DNA of 63,511 bases, the filler included, from Octopus bimaculoides (taxonomy: Eukaryota): the NCBI RefSeq assembly GCF_001194135.2. It is 3 parts of 3 records of this genome, joined end to end, with 100 filler letters (N's around TTAATTAATTAA, not from the genome) between each part and the next. Parts side by side here need not be neighbours in the genome. Positions count along the whole stretch, not along the records: positions 1 to 29,249 come from NC_068988.1; 2 more parts are not named here. One strand, given 5' to 3'. Below, piece after piece: positions 1 to 11,717 of this stretch. A program made the position numbers and the translations under genes. The notes under the pieces are model-generated. The model was given only the letters and a program-made list of their open reading frames with translations, ran no database searches and was not told the origin of the DNA. Positions within the stretch are counted from its first letter, which is position 1, and the number at the start of each line of letters is the position of its first letter.

Positions 1-25
1 TATATATGTATATATATGTATATAT

Positions 26-503
26 TGCCCTACTCTTCGAAACGCCATTTTAACGATGCGTCCTGCCCTACTCGTCGAAACGCCTGTGTTAGAATGGGGG
101 TAGCTGATGAAGGAAAATGTTCTCTATGTGGCCTGTGTGTGTTCTGTACTCTGGTTATTATTATTTTTTTGTCTACGTTTTATATATATAACAAACAATA
201 AATGAGTATATGCATATATACGTACAGGTATGTGCATACCTACGTCTACCTGTATAGGTGCATATCTGGGTACAGGACATTGCAAACCTTTATGTATAGA
301 TGTACTTGAGGAGACCTCAGGTACATCTATACATAAAGGTTTGTTTCTCGCTAAAGATGTACCTGAGGAGACCCAGACTGCAAAATCGATGCAATACATG
401 TTGAAAGGAGTCCCACCCATAAGGGACAATAACAGGATGGATCGAAACGACCGTTGTACAAAATAATGATTAATATCAAATACATCTTCTCATTACCTAA
501 GAA

Positions 504-505
<2 letters not shown>
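26..505 (+). mobile_element. Probable Penelope-like element terminal remnant containing an HHR motif and internal duplications
   Basis: Non-simple sequence between (TA)n and (ATT)n. Contains a 21-nt direct repeat (26-46 / 64-84, 1 mismatch), a 61-nt hairpin (283-343) and an HHR (358-460). The motif catat(c/a)tgggtacaggacat recurs near 29482. PLE class is inferred from the HHR. Confidence 0.5.
358..460 (+). ncRNA. Type I hammerhead ribozyme motif with an extended stem II
   Basis: Stem I TGTAC(358-362)/GTACA(456-460); core CTGAGGA(363-369); stem II GACCC...GGATC (4 of 5 pairs) enclosing a GTCCC/GGGAC hairpin; GAAA(444-447); short stem III AC-GACC-GT; cleavage triplet GTT. Confidence 0.65.

Positions 506-561
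<56 letters not shown>
504..561. repeat. (ATT)n microsatellite
   Basis: Uninterrupted ATT array. Confidence 0.95.
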
Positions 562-562
<1 letters not shown>

Positions 563-770
563 CATCTCAGCTAACACTGCGGTATTCCTGAAGTGGATCC
601 AACGGAAACCTACCCCGACTGTGGGTGACACCAGGTAGCCCAAACTGTACCAGTGCTCTACTCAACACTTCAGCACACTAATCGACATATACCCCTTAGT
701 CCAAAAATATTATATNNNNNNNNNNNNNNNNNNNNNNNNNNNNNNNNNNNNNNNNNNNNNNNNNNNATAT

Positions 771-985
771 ATTCTTTTATTTTTTACGTGTTTCAGTCAT
801 TTGACTGCGGCCATTCTGGAGCACCGCCTTTAATCGAGCAAATCGACCCCAGGACTTATTCTTTGTAAGCATAGTACTTATTCTATCGGTCTTTATTGCC
901 GAACCGCTATGTTACGAGGACGTAAACACACCAGCATCGGTTGTCAAGCGATGCTGGCGGGTGACAAACACACAAACACATACAC
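771..985 (-). mobile_element. SINE family A, 3' half
   Basis: Matches the reverse complement of the 3' half of the copy at 42207-42815 (gtttcagtcatttgactgcggcc...gagcaccgcc...cgaccccaggacttattc). Confidence 0.9.
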
Positions 986-1254
986 ACACATTCATACATA
1001 CATACATATATACATACATACATATATGTGTGTGTGCGTGTGCGTGTGTGTGCGCGTGTGCGTGTGTGTGTGTGTGTGTGCGTGTGTGTGTGTGTATGTG
1101 TGTGTGTACGTATACACGTAAGCGTTTCTGTGGTTACCATACCGCTTATATTTCGGACATAGCGCATTCTAAGAATACATTACCGAATGTAATTCGCTGC
1201 TATTTCTAGCTGGTCGAACGATCACGTAAAGGATCCCTTATTGGCTCATTGGCG

Positions 1255-1365
1255 TGGCGTGACATTTGGAGATGTGAAATGATGGAAGTAAGTTTGGAAT
1301 AGAACGTCGCAGAAAAATAAGTAGGAAAGGATTTTACAGAAAGTCAGAATTCCTGGAATAGTCGC
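1255..1365 (+). pseudogene. Possible highly decayed LINE reverse-transcriptase fragment
   Basis: Frames read FGDV then NDGSKFGIERRRKISRKGFYRKSEFL, loosely like the post-catalytic region of RTE-type RTs. By-eye resemblance only, with frameshifts and stops. Confidence 0.25.
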
Positions 1366-1716
1366 AGACCGGATGTCTGTTATCAAAGCTATGAAGTTAC
1401 TTTGAATGCGGGGGAGGATGGATACAAAAGACAAGGTGTATTATAGAAAAGACATTGTAAGTATGTCTAGGTCACGCACATACGCTGATGTATAGGGTTT
1501 TTATTTATTTATTTGTTTGTTTATTTATTTGCTTATTTATTCATTTATTTATTTTGTTATTTCACTTCCTACCTGATTCTATTTTATTTCGAGCTTATTC
1601 CTGTTCCGTTACGCCGCGCGCGCGCAGAGTGAGATGGAGATAGAGAGAGTGAGAGAGAGAAAGAGAGAGAGAGAGAGACACACACACACACACATATTTG
1701 TATGTAGATACGTATA

Positions 1717-1800
1717 TACAGGAATCCCTCGCTTTACGGTAGCAATGCATTCTTGAAAATCTGGCCGTAACGTGAAATCCCTTTATGCGAAATTACTTTT
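1717..1800 (+). mobile_element. One-ended Tigger/pogo-like DNA transposon terminus
   Basis: TA followed by CAGGAATCCCTCGCTTTACG resembles Tigger-type TIRs. No partner TIR was found. Confidence 0.4.
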
Positions 1801-2087
1801 CCTGTTGAATTCGATATCAAGTGAGCTTGTGTTTATCCGGATTTTTTTCTTATTTAAAAAAAATAAAAAGCACAAGAGTACAACAGAGAACAAGCAACAC
1901 ACTCACTTTTATACATAAAAACAACAGTTTATAAATTTACATAATACTGTATAAGATACAAAAAGACATAAAACTATTTCAAGAACACGTTAGGGAATAA
2001 AACATCGTAATATTATAAGGTTCTTACCACAAAAGATGTTTACTGTGTGAGGAGTGGTGGTGGAATAAGCGTTACTAGGACAATATT

Positions 2088-2286
2088 CTTTTCTACTCTA
2101 AGCACAAAGCCCGAAATTTTGGGGGAGAAGGCCAGTCGCTTAGATCAACCCCAAATCGACCACGAAAGGATGAAAGACAAAGTTGACCTTGGCGGAATTT
2201 GAACTCAGAACATAAAGACAGACGAAATATCGCTAAGTATTTCGTCTGTCGTTTCGTTCAGAGTTCAAAATCCGCCCAGATCGACA
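2088..2286 (-). mobile_element. SINE family C (minus strand) joined to an inverted plus-strand fragment of its own head
   Basis: 2088-2237 matches the reverse complement of family C (e.g. 34444-34682). 2238-2286 is a plus-strand head fragment. 13-bp inverted arms at 2217-2229 / 2238-2250. Confidence 0.8.
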
Positions 2287-2288
2287 GG

Positions 2289-2657
2289 CGCTTTCGTAGT
2301 ATACTTAAAATCAGATGGCCAGAACACATAAGCAATATGTAGCTATGGCAAAGAACGAATCAAGTTTCGATTAGAGAGTAAATATTTAAGAAAAAGTGGA
2401 AGTAGATTGGTAGCAAAATTAGAAAGGACACACCAAATGTAGCGAAAAGTGCTTTACAGTGGAATCCGGATGGATATAGAAAGAGGGGTAGGCCTAAGAA
2501 CTCGTGGCGTAGATCAACACAAAAGGAACTAGAGAAAGGGGGACATTCATGGCAGAGTATAAGTACAGAAGCGAAAAATTATGCGACATGGAATTCAATT
2601 ATAAGTGGCCTTTACTCCGCATTGGAGGGTTAAAGGCAAGAAAGAAAGAAAGAAGAA
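2289..2657 (+). pseudogene. RTE-clade LINE, 5'-truncated 3' end (dead ORF C-terminus plus short repeat tail)
   Basis: One frame, 2289-2633, reads RFRSILKIRWPEHISNM*LWQRTNQ..*IFKKKWK*IG..ALQWNPDGYRKRGRPKNSWRRS..W..W..IISGLYSALEG*. This matches the typical RTE C-terminus (ILKIRW, WNP.G.R.RGRP..TW). Three in-frame stops; (GAAA)n tail. Confidence 0.85.
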
Positions 2658-2824
2658 TATACCAATATTAATAACACACGCATTGGTTCAATTCCACTCA
2701 TTTATTATTAGTCAATTGGTTAAATATTCAACCAACTAATCAATTGTTTGCTTAATTTGGTTTTAGAGAGAGAGAGGGAGAAAGAGATGTACCTACACGT
2801 GTGTATACCGCACGCGCGCGCGTC

Positions 2825-2860
<36 letters not shown>

Positions 2861-2924
2861 CTTTACTACCCACAAGGGGCTACACACAGAGGGGGCAAAC
2901 AAGGACAGACAAACGGATTAAGTC

Positions 2925-2960
<36 letters not shown>

Positions 2961-4328
2961 CACTGAACAGAAATAAGGTGTGGAAAAAATCCTACGAAAC
3001 AGGCTGGAAATGAACTAATAAAAACGTACAAACAAAAATGTGTGCATATATGTACGCATGTGCGTATATGTGTGTATATGTTTGTGCATATTAAATATGA
3101 ATGTATGTATTAATATTTGTTTGTTTGTGCATGTCTAGAAATATACACGGAAGTTCTAAACAAAATGTTTAATAAACATGTATTTAATAATTGTCGGTGT
3201 GAAAATTGACTCCTCGCTGTCTATTAAAATAATTCAATACGATTCATATAAACAGATTTATTCATAAACTCACTGTATTGGTATTATGAAGTCTATGGGC
3301 AAAACACCTTCCTTCATACTAAATCATGAAGCACAGATACACACCTACAGATACACACCTACAGATACACACCCACGTAAAGACACACAAAGACGGACAC
3401 ATAGATACAAGCACATACATACTTGTACACACAAATGATATACACATTTTAATTATGCATATTCATACAGACATACATACATATATATATATATATANNN
3501 NNNNNNNNNNNNNNNNNNNNNNNNNNNNNNNNNNNNNNNNNNNNNNNNNNNNNNNNNNNNNNNNNNNNNNNNNNNNNNNNNNNNNNNNNNNNNNNNNNNN
3601 NNNNNNNNNNNNNNNNNNNNNNNNNNNNNNNNNNNNNNNNNNNNNNNNNNNNNNNNNNNNNNNNNNNNNNNNNNNNNNNNNNNNNNNNNNNNNNNNNNNN
3701 NNNNNNNNNNNNNNNNNNNNNNNNNNNNNNNNNNNNNNNNNNNNNNNNNNNNNNNNNNNNNNNNNNNNNNNNNNNNNNNNNNNNNNNNNNNNNNNNNNNN
3801 NNNNNNNNNNNNNNNNNNNNNNNNNNNNNNNNNNNNNNNNNNNNNNNNNNNNNNNNNNNNNNNNNNNNNNNNNNNNNNNNNNNNNNNNNNNNNNNNNNNN
3901 NNNNNNNNNNNNNNNNNNNNNNNNNNNNNNNNNNNNNNNNNNNNNNNNNNNNNNNNNNNNNNNNNNNNNNNNNNNNNNNNNNNNNNNNNNNNNNNNNNNN
4001 NNNNNNNNNNNNNNNNNNNNNNNNNNNNNNNNNNNNNNNNNNNNNNNNNNNNNNNNNNNNNNNNNNNNNNNNNNNNNNNNNNNNNNNNNNNNNNNNNNNN
4101 NNNNNNNNNNNNNNNNNNNNNNNNNNNNNNNNNNNNNNNNNNNNNNNNNNNNNNNNNNNNNNNNNNNNNNNNNNNNNNNNNNNNNNNNNNNNNNNNNNNN
4201 NNNNNNNNNNNNNNNNNNNNNNNNNNNNNNNNNNNNNNNNNNNNNNNNNNNNNNNNNNNNNNNNNNNNNNNNNNNNNNNNNATAAAGATAGCGATAGAGA
4301 GAGAGAGAGATAGATAGATAAAGATAGC

Positions 4329-4359
<31 letters not shown>

Positions 4360-4482
4360 CACCTGAAGAAAAGCTCATGTAAAGTGCCGCTGTTCTGACT
4401 AGCTTCTCGTATTGATCTCGAGTCATGAGGTAATTAACCTCACCACATACGAATCCCTAAGCGCTCTAACCTATGCTGCTTT

Positions 4483-4739
4483 AACTCTTTTACTTGTTTC
4501 AGTCATTTGACTATGGCCATGCTGGAGCACCACCTTTTGTCGAGCAAATGGATCTCAGGACTTATTCTTTATAAGCCTAGTACTTATTCTATCAGTCTCT
4601 TTTGCCAAACCGCTAAGTTACAGGGACATAAACACACCAGCATCGGTTGTCAAGCGATGTTGGAGGGGACAAACACGCAAACACATACACACACATACAT
4701 ATATATATATGTGATGGGGGGACAAACATAGACACACAA

Positions 4740-4783
<44 letters not shown>

Positions 4784-4971
4784 GTATATATACATATATA
4801 CATATATACGACGGGCTTCTTTCCGTTTCCGTCCACCAAATCCACTCACAAGGCTTTGGTCGGCCCGAGGTTATAGTAGAAGAAAATTTCCCAAGGTTCC
4901 ACACAATGGGACTGAACCCGGAACCAAGTGGTTCGTAAGCAAGCTACTTACCACACAGCCACTCCTGCGCC
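4483..4971 (-). mobile_element. SINE family A, full length
   Basis: tRNA-like head (reverse complement ggcgcaggagtggctgtgtggtaag...ggttccgggttcagtccc), internal (CA)/(TA) microsatellite, and the same 3' body and tail as other copies. Confidence 0.92.
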
Positions 4972-5526
4972 TAATGGAGTATTACCTAACCTGTACTCCA
5001 TTAGTTATGAGAGTGAGTGTTCCAGTTGATCCCTTTATGAATGTCTCATAAACTATCTCCAGCGACCGAAATCACTTTCGATCACAAAAATCATCAGCGT
5101 TTTTCGTCTTTCGAAAACGCTCGCAAACATCTCTGTGTGTGTTGCATTGTATTTGTGCCACTGTCTGTGTGTCTTTACGTAGGTGCGAATTTGTGTTTAA
5201 TGATTTAACACGAAGGATGGGCTTCTGTCCGTGCTCTACAAAATACCAAATACAGTACAGTTATGAATAAATCAGTTTATGTTATTCATACAGAATAGTT
5301 ATAACAGACACTCAAGAGTCTCTTTTCAAGCCGATAATAACAAAATACACATTTATTTAGCATATTTCTTAAAAATTATTGTATTTGACTTTCGTGTATA
5401 TACACACACTAATACACTCAAACGTGTGCGTACATGTGTGTGTATATATACACACAAAATACATACATATGTGTGTGTATGTATATAAGTATGTATGTAT
5501 ATATGCATGTATGTATATATTTCAGT

Positions 5527-5643
5527 TCTCACTCACAAGACCTTGGACGGCCTGAGGCTATCAAAGGACTCTTGCTCATGCTGTCACGCAGTGAGACTGA
5601 ATTTAGAGACATGTGGCTCGGAAGTACATCTTACCATACAGCC
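5527..5643 (-). mobile_element. SINE family A, decayed 5' part
   Basis: Degenerate match to 4840-4960. Confidence 0.7.
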
Positions 5644-5664
5644 ATATATATATATAATGCAAAA

Positions 5665-5703
<39 letters not shown>

Positions 5704-5891
5704 CAAATGTCGGGTAGTAATCTGAAGAAAGGGTATTCAATACCATATCAGAGTGGTAGTTTGTCGTACCACTCTGATGTCGGTTCAATAACAAGTTACT
5801 CTGAAAAAGAGGCGCCCACTGAGAGAACTGAAAAGTAACTGGCCGTTGGAGCGGCTCAAATACACTACGTCTATGTATTTATGTATGTATG

Positions 5892-5923
<32 letters not shown>

Positions 5924-5984
5924 TGTATGTATGTATGTATGTATCTATCTATCTATCTATTTCTCTGTCTGTCCCCGCATCTCT

Positions 5985-6040
<56 letters not shown>

Positions 6041-6435
6041 CATACGTACATACATACATACATACAGATACACACACATTATAGACATAGATTTTATATA
6101 TATATATGTACATGTATAATTATATATATATATTTATATATATCTATTTATGCATATGAATACATATGTGTGTGTGTATGTGCGTGGGTGCATGTGTGTA
6201 CACATACGAAATGTGAAACAAATATAGAAAATAGTAGCATAAAGAAAAAGAATGTTATGCCCTGTTGCTTTTGGAATGTTAAATATTTCGGAGATGTCTG
6301 ACCCTTCTGAACAGAAAACACAAACCTACAGAGTGTTTGGCTCGTCATACAGACTCCCTGCTAATCAATGTCGTTCATTTTATTATCCTATACATAGTAA
6401 ACTACTGACTCTATCATATATATATATATATTTCA

Positions 6436-6600
6436 GCTTTTATCATTTATTAGTTTCAGTCATTGAGCTACAGCTATGCTTGGGTACCGCCTTGAAGGGT
6501 TTAATGAATCAAACCGACCCTGGTACTTATTTTTGTGAATGTTTGGGACTTATTCTGTTAGTTTCTTTTGCAAAGCAACACTCGTTGTCAGGCAACCACA
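6436..6600 (-). mobile_element. SINE family A-related 3' part
   Basis: gtttcagtcatt...ccgccttgaaggg...cgaccctggtacttat motif order. Confidence 0.7.
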
Positions 6601-7369
6601 GACACATACAAATACACAAAGAAGCACACGTACATGTATACATACATGGATACACACACACACACACCAACGCACGCACACATGCACGTATGCACTAAAT
6701 TAGTTATAGGATCCATTAGATTCTAGGCGTAGAATGCTACGAATGGCTGGGTACCATAACATCCAGTTCACAGGTAAAATAACCATTCCGCGTCATTTGT
6801 TTGTGGTGATCTGCAAATACGTACGTACATAGGTATCAAATCCAATATAAACGATAGATCCGACTCGGCGTTGGTTCCAGGTGTGGCATAGGTTTAAAAG
6901 AACACATTTTCCAGTTTATGCATGTTTACACAATTTTACCTGAAAATAGTGGATTAATGCTATGATGTAATCTATGAATGCATCAATAAAATGCTACCGG
7001 AACAGCTGTAGTAAATTTTAAACCACATTTATGTTCTTTTATGCATACGTACATACATACATACATACATACATACATACATACATACAAACAAACATAC
7101 GTACGTACAAACATACATACACACATACATGATGGCTGCAAACTCGTATTCGAGTATAGCTATCCTCAGGTCGAAAGTCCCACACAAGCGAAGGCTACAA
7201 CCAACTATTTTTGTGATAGGTTTTACTTAATTTTTCAAACGATGGCTGCGCATGATGATTTTTTTTTATATAGTGGGATAGGGATTTGCACAAAACCAAT
7301 CCCACTCTCTGAACATGGACAACATAAACTCAAAAAGAACTGGTCTACATCATCGAATATTATCAGTGT

Positions 7370-7670
7370 TGTTGGTTTTCTTTCAGAGTTTCTCTCTCCT
7401 AGAGAGATGTAACAACAACTGAGGGGCCACCCACTCCCAGTGGATCAATCGCGCGCTTGGATACCAACCCAGGTATTTCCACGTCCCCGTGCATACATAC
7501 CTGCATACATACACATGTACACATACTGGTGGATGGCCATTGACTGCTCATGAGCTCTTCCACCCTTTTACAGGTCTTATTTTTCGTCCTGCAGAGTGTC
7601 CAGCAATCACCCTCCTCACCAGCAAGCTTGATGGGATTGTCAATTTAGTCACCGAAAACCTGACCATGCA
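7370..7670 (-). mobile_element. Possible RTE-like LINE 5'-UTR fragment interrupted by a short ACAT repeat
   Basis: The reverse complement contains tctctaggagagagaaactctgaaagaaaacc, similar to a recalled RTE/BovB 5'-UTR motif. Not verified by search. Confidence 0.3.
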
Positions 7671-7926
7671 ACAAGTTGTACTATGTTACCTGTTATTAAT
7701 AGCGCCCGTGAGCGATCTGACATACATACATGCATACATGTATACATACATACATACATACACAATACATATATACATACATACATATATACATACATAC
7801 ATGTATACATACATGCATATATACATACATATATACAAACATGTGTACATACATACATTCATACATACATACATACTTACATGCATACATACCACACACA
7901 ACACATGCATAAATATTATGTTTGTA

Positions 7927-8075
7927 TCTATGCTTTTCTGTCTATTAAATCCACTGATAAGACTTTGGTTAGACCGGTCTATAGTAGAAGACTCTTACCC
8001 AAGGTGTTACGCTGTGAGATTGAACCGGAGTTCACGTGGTTTGGAAGCAAGTTTCTCAATCAAAGACCCACAATT
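7927..8075 (-). mobile_element. SINE family A, decayed 5' part
   Basis: aaatccactgataagactttggt...atagtagaagac...cccaaggtg matches the family A head region. Confidence 0.7.
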
Positions 8076-8132
8076 GCATCTATTCATACATATACAGACA
8101 CACCACCACACACACACACATATACGTATGTA

Positions 8133-8196
<64 letters not shown>

Positions 8197-8397
8197 ATGT
8201 ATGTGTGTGTGTACGTGTATGAGTATCCAGAGACCGGATATGTTGTTGTAATTGGATGTAAATAAATATTTTCGTTAATTATTTCAATTTTTTTCCCTCT
8301 TACTATTTCCAGTAACTTTGACATCTATAAACCTTAAACTTTAATTGAATTCAGATAAAAAAGAAGTCTGTACACACCCTCAATCATACAGTTAATG

Positions 8398-8517
<120 letters not shown>

Positions 8518-9150
8518 ATACATACATACATATATATAACTTGATCAAAGCGTCCGTCAAAAGCACTATATCGGGTAACGGACGTGACTATGCGATATCA
8601 GGGAGTAGTGATAACGTTCCCGCAGTAGTTTATTGGTTTGTAACACGATTGCCAGAAATAAATAAACAAGATTGTATGAAGAACAGAAGACATTGTGTGT
8701 TGTTTCCCACTAGTTAGTTAGTTATTTTATTTCGTTTAACCTTATTTTTTACATCTTTTCAGTTTTGTGTCTTAATCACAATATTTAATTTAATTATCTG
8801 GGTGGTCAGTCAGTATCGGTTATAAAGACATACGGTTCCGGCAAGCTGTTTACTGATTTCAATTCTCGGAAGGAGTTGATTGATTTCAATATTGCCTTCA
8901 AAGAAGGCGATGCAGGAACGTCACGCAATTCCATTCACTGAGGTTATCTTATAGGGAATCATGCTTGTTGCTTATGCAAACATGTGATTGGAAGATGCAG
9001 TTTTTATTGTTGCTCAGGTCAACCCAGCTCTCGCAGATCTCTGATCAAAGATATTCCAGCCATGACTATCATCTTTTCTGTTACCTAATGTGGTTATAAA
9101 TTACCTGAATATGCGTACTAATTAAAAATAAATAAAACAAAATACGCCGT

Positions 9151-9732
9151 GATGTGGTACAAGACAGTGGATCTTAAGGTTTCTGATCTTCACTGATTGG
9201 AAGTATTAACATGTACGTTTTGTAATGGCGTAGTTGAGCTACAGCAAATATCCTGTTCGATAACACAAATTTGCATGTCAGTTGTTTGACCTTAACCAGC
9301 TAAGCATATCCCTTAGTGGCTGACAATAGATGCATCTCTAATCGCAAACAGGAGTAGTGGAGGAGTGTCATAGCTGTGTTGAGAGGAATTCGTTGGTGTT
9401 CGAATAGTTCACATTTGGAAACGGATGTTACATTCATCATCCTTAAACGACACTTATTCAAGAACTTTTTGAACGGGATGGGCTACTCGATCTGAATAAA
9501 ATTTTAACTGGGACCCTACAAACACCTGAAAAGTCATGAGCTGGTTATCTTGATATGAAATCACCATGTTGAACATAGATCTGCGAGAGGCGGGTACACA
9601 ATAATAAAAACTGCATCTTTCTGTCACATGTGCCTGGTGTAGCCTTATCAGACGTGTCGTCATGATAGTATATTGGGCTTTCTATATTTGTACCCCAGCA
9701 TCACATTGATGGAATGCGCTGCTCGCTCACTC

Positions 9733-9791
<59 letters not shown>

Positions 9792-9800
9792 TAATAATAA
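9151..9800 (+). mobile_element. Unclassified ~580-bp interspersed element (family X) with an (AAT)n tail
   Basis: Its first ~150 bp align by eye with 11058-11211. Followed by (AAT)n at 9733-9800. No ORF. Confidence 0.7.
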
Positions 9801-10014
9801 TCCTTTCTACTAACAGCACAAGGCTTGAAATTTTGTGGGGATGGAACTAATCGATTAGATCGACCCCAGTGTTTCACTGGTACTTAAGTTATCGACCCCG
9901 AAAGGATGAAAGGCAAAGTCGACCTCGCTGGAATTTGAACTCAGAACGTATTGACGGGCGAAGTACCGCTAAGCATTTTGTCTAGCCAGCTAACGATTCT
10001 GTCAGCTCGCCGCC

Positions 10015-10016
<2 letters not shown>
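9801..10016 (-). mobile_element. SINE family C, full length, between two (AAT)n arrays
   Basis: Reverse complement starts ggcggcgagctgacagaatcgttagc and has the B-box-like gagttcaaattcc and the family C body. Confidence 0.9.
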
Positions 10017-10079
<63 letters not shown>

Positions 10080-10811
10080 NNNNNNNNNNNNNNNNNNNNN
10101 NNNNNNNNNNNNNNNNNNNNNNNNNNNNNNNNNNNNNNNNNNNNNNNNNNNNNNNNNNNNNNNNNNNNNNNNNNNNNNNNNNNNNNNNNNNNNNNNNNNN
10201 NNNNNNNNNNNNNNNNNNNNNNNNNNNNNNNNNNNNNNNNNNNNNNNNNNNNNNNNNNNNNNNNNNNNNNNNNNNNNNNNNNNNNNNNNNNNNNNNNNNN
10301 NNNNNNNNNNNNNNNNNNNNNNNNNNNNNNNNNNNNNNNNNNNNNNNNNNNNNNNNNNNNNNNNNNNNNNNNNNNNNNNNNNNNNNNNNNNNNNNNNNNN
10401 NNNNNNNNNNNNNNNNNNNNNNNNNNNNNNNNNNNNNNNNNNNNNNNNNNNNNNNNNNNNNNNNNNNNNNNNNNNNNNNNNNNNNNNNNNNNNNNNNNNN
10501 NNNNNNNNNNNNNNNNNNNNNNNNNNNNNNNNNNNNNNNNNNNNNNNNNNNNNNNNNNNNNNNNNNNNNNNNNNNNNNNNNNNNNNNNNNNNNNNNNNNN
10601 NNNNNNNNNNNNNNNNNNNNNNNNNNNNNNNNNNNNNNNNNNNNNNNNNNNNNNNNNNNNNNNNNNNNNNNNNNNNNNNNNNNNNNNNNNNNNNNNNNNN
10701 NNNNNNNNNNNNNNNNNNNNNNNNNNNNNNNNNNNNNNNNNNNNNNNNNNNNNNNNNNNNNNNNNNNNNNNNNNNNNNNNNNNNNNNNNNNNNNNNNNNN
10801 NNNNNNNNNNN

Positions 10812-11050
10812 AAATTGCACTACTGGGTACTGCACACATTCTACGCAAAACACTTTCAATACAGTAAACATAAGAGAAAATTGCACTACTGGGTACTGCA
10901 CACATTCTACGCAAAACACTTTCAATACAGTAAACATAAGAGCACCACAGCAAACCACAGCACATACCCAAGGCGCACAGAGCTGCGCTCGGTAGTGAAG
11001 TGAAAGCACGTTATAAAATTAAAACTACTGAACAATAATAATAATAATAA
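10812..11050 (+). mobile_element. R4/Dong-clade non-LTR retrotransposon 3' end
   Basis: 10877-10933 encodes KIALLGTAHILRKTLSIQ*, matching the R4/Dong C-terminal motif (K..LLGTA.ILRK.L). Followed by a short 3'-UTR and (AAT)n. Dong elements are known to target TAA repeats. Confidence 0.75.
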
Positions 11051-11052
11051 CT

Positions 11053-11211
11053 ACTCTGATGCAGTACCAGGCAGTGGTTCTCATAGCTTTTGATCTTAAC
11101 TGATTGGTAGTGCTATCATATACATGTTTTGTCTTGGTCCATAAGATGGACTGCAGCAAATAATCTGCTCAATACCAGATTTTTTTGTCAGTTGCTTGAC
11201 TGTAACCAGTT
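11053..11211 (+). mobile_element. Family X fragment
   Basis: Homologous to 9151-9300; starts directly after (AAT)n. Confidence 0.7.
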
Positions 11212-11283
11212 GGACTAGTTCGGGAGCTTTTTGATACTACCTCATACATACAAACGTAGATGTAGTCCTACATGCATCTGTTT

Positions 11284-11316
<33 letters not shown>

Positions 11317-11374
11317 CATCCAAACTTACATATATGCATATATACGGATACGTTCGTACGTACATAGTCGACCA

Positions 11375-11485
11375 TAGTATTTATTCCAATGTGTTAAGTC
11401 TGGTACTTATTCTCTCGCTGTCTATTGCCGAACCGCTAGTTAACGAGGACATGAACAAACCAGCATCGGTTGGTAAGCAGCTATA
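11375..11485 (-). mobile_element. SINE family A fragment
   Basis: tggtacttattct...ttgccgaaccgcta..taacgaggac...ccagcatcggttg. Confidence 0.75.
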
Positions 11486-11570
11486 CTCAAAGTTGTTGAT
11501 ACGAGGTTCGGTTTTATTAAAAACAAGTTCAACAAAATATATTTTATTTCGTCCAAAGATACCCCAGGAG

Positions 11571-11632
<62 letters not shown>

Positions 11633-11717
11633 CGTAGTGGTTGGGAGTATTTGTATATGTTTATGAGCAAGCGCACTTACTGGTAGGAGTATTTTGTACC
11701 TATCTGTCTGAGGGGAA

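Noticed and set aside
26-130. HHR from GAAAC (39-43, 77-81) plus CTGATGA (104-110)
   Set aside because: The order would need a permuted topology, and neither stem II nor an NUH site could be paired.
586-650. HHR-like CTGAAGT...GAAACCT...AGGTA
   Set aside because: Core mismatch, and no stem I or stem II pairing.
5701-5838. Protein-like tail of ORF 5434-5838 as an exon
   Set aside because: No acceptor site; upstream sequence is (GT)n; peptide unrecognised.
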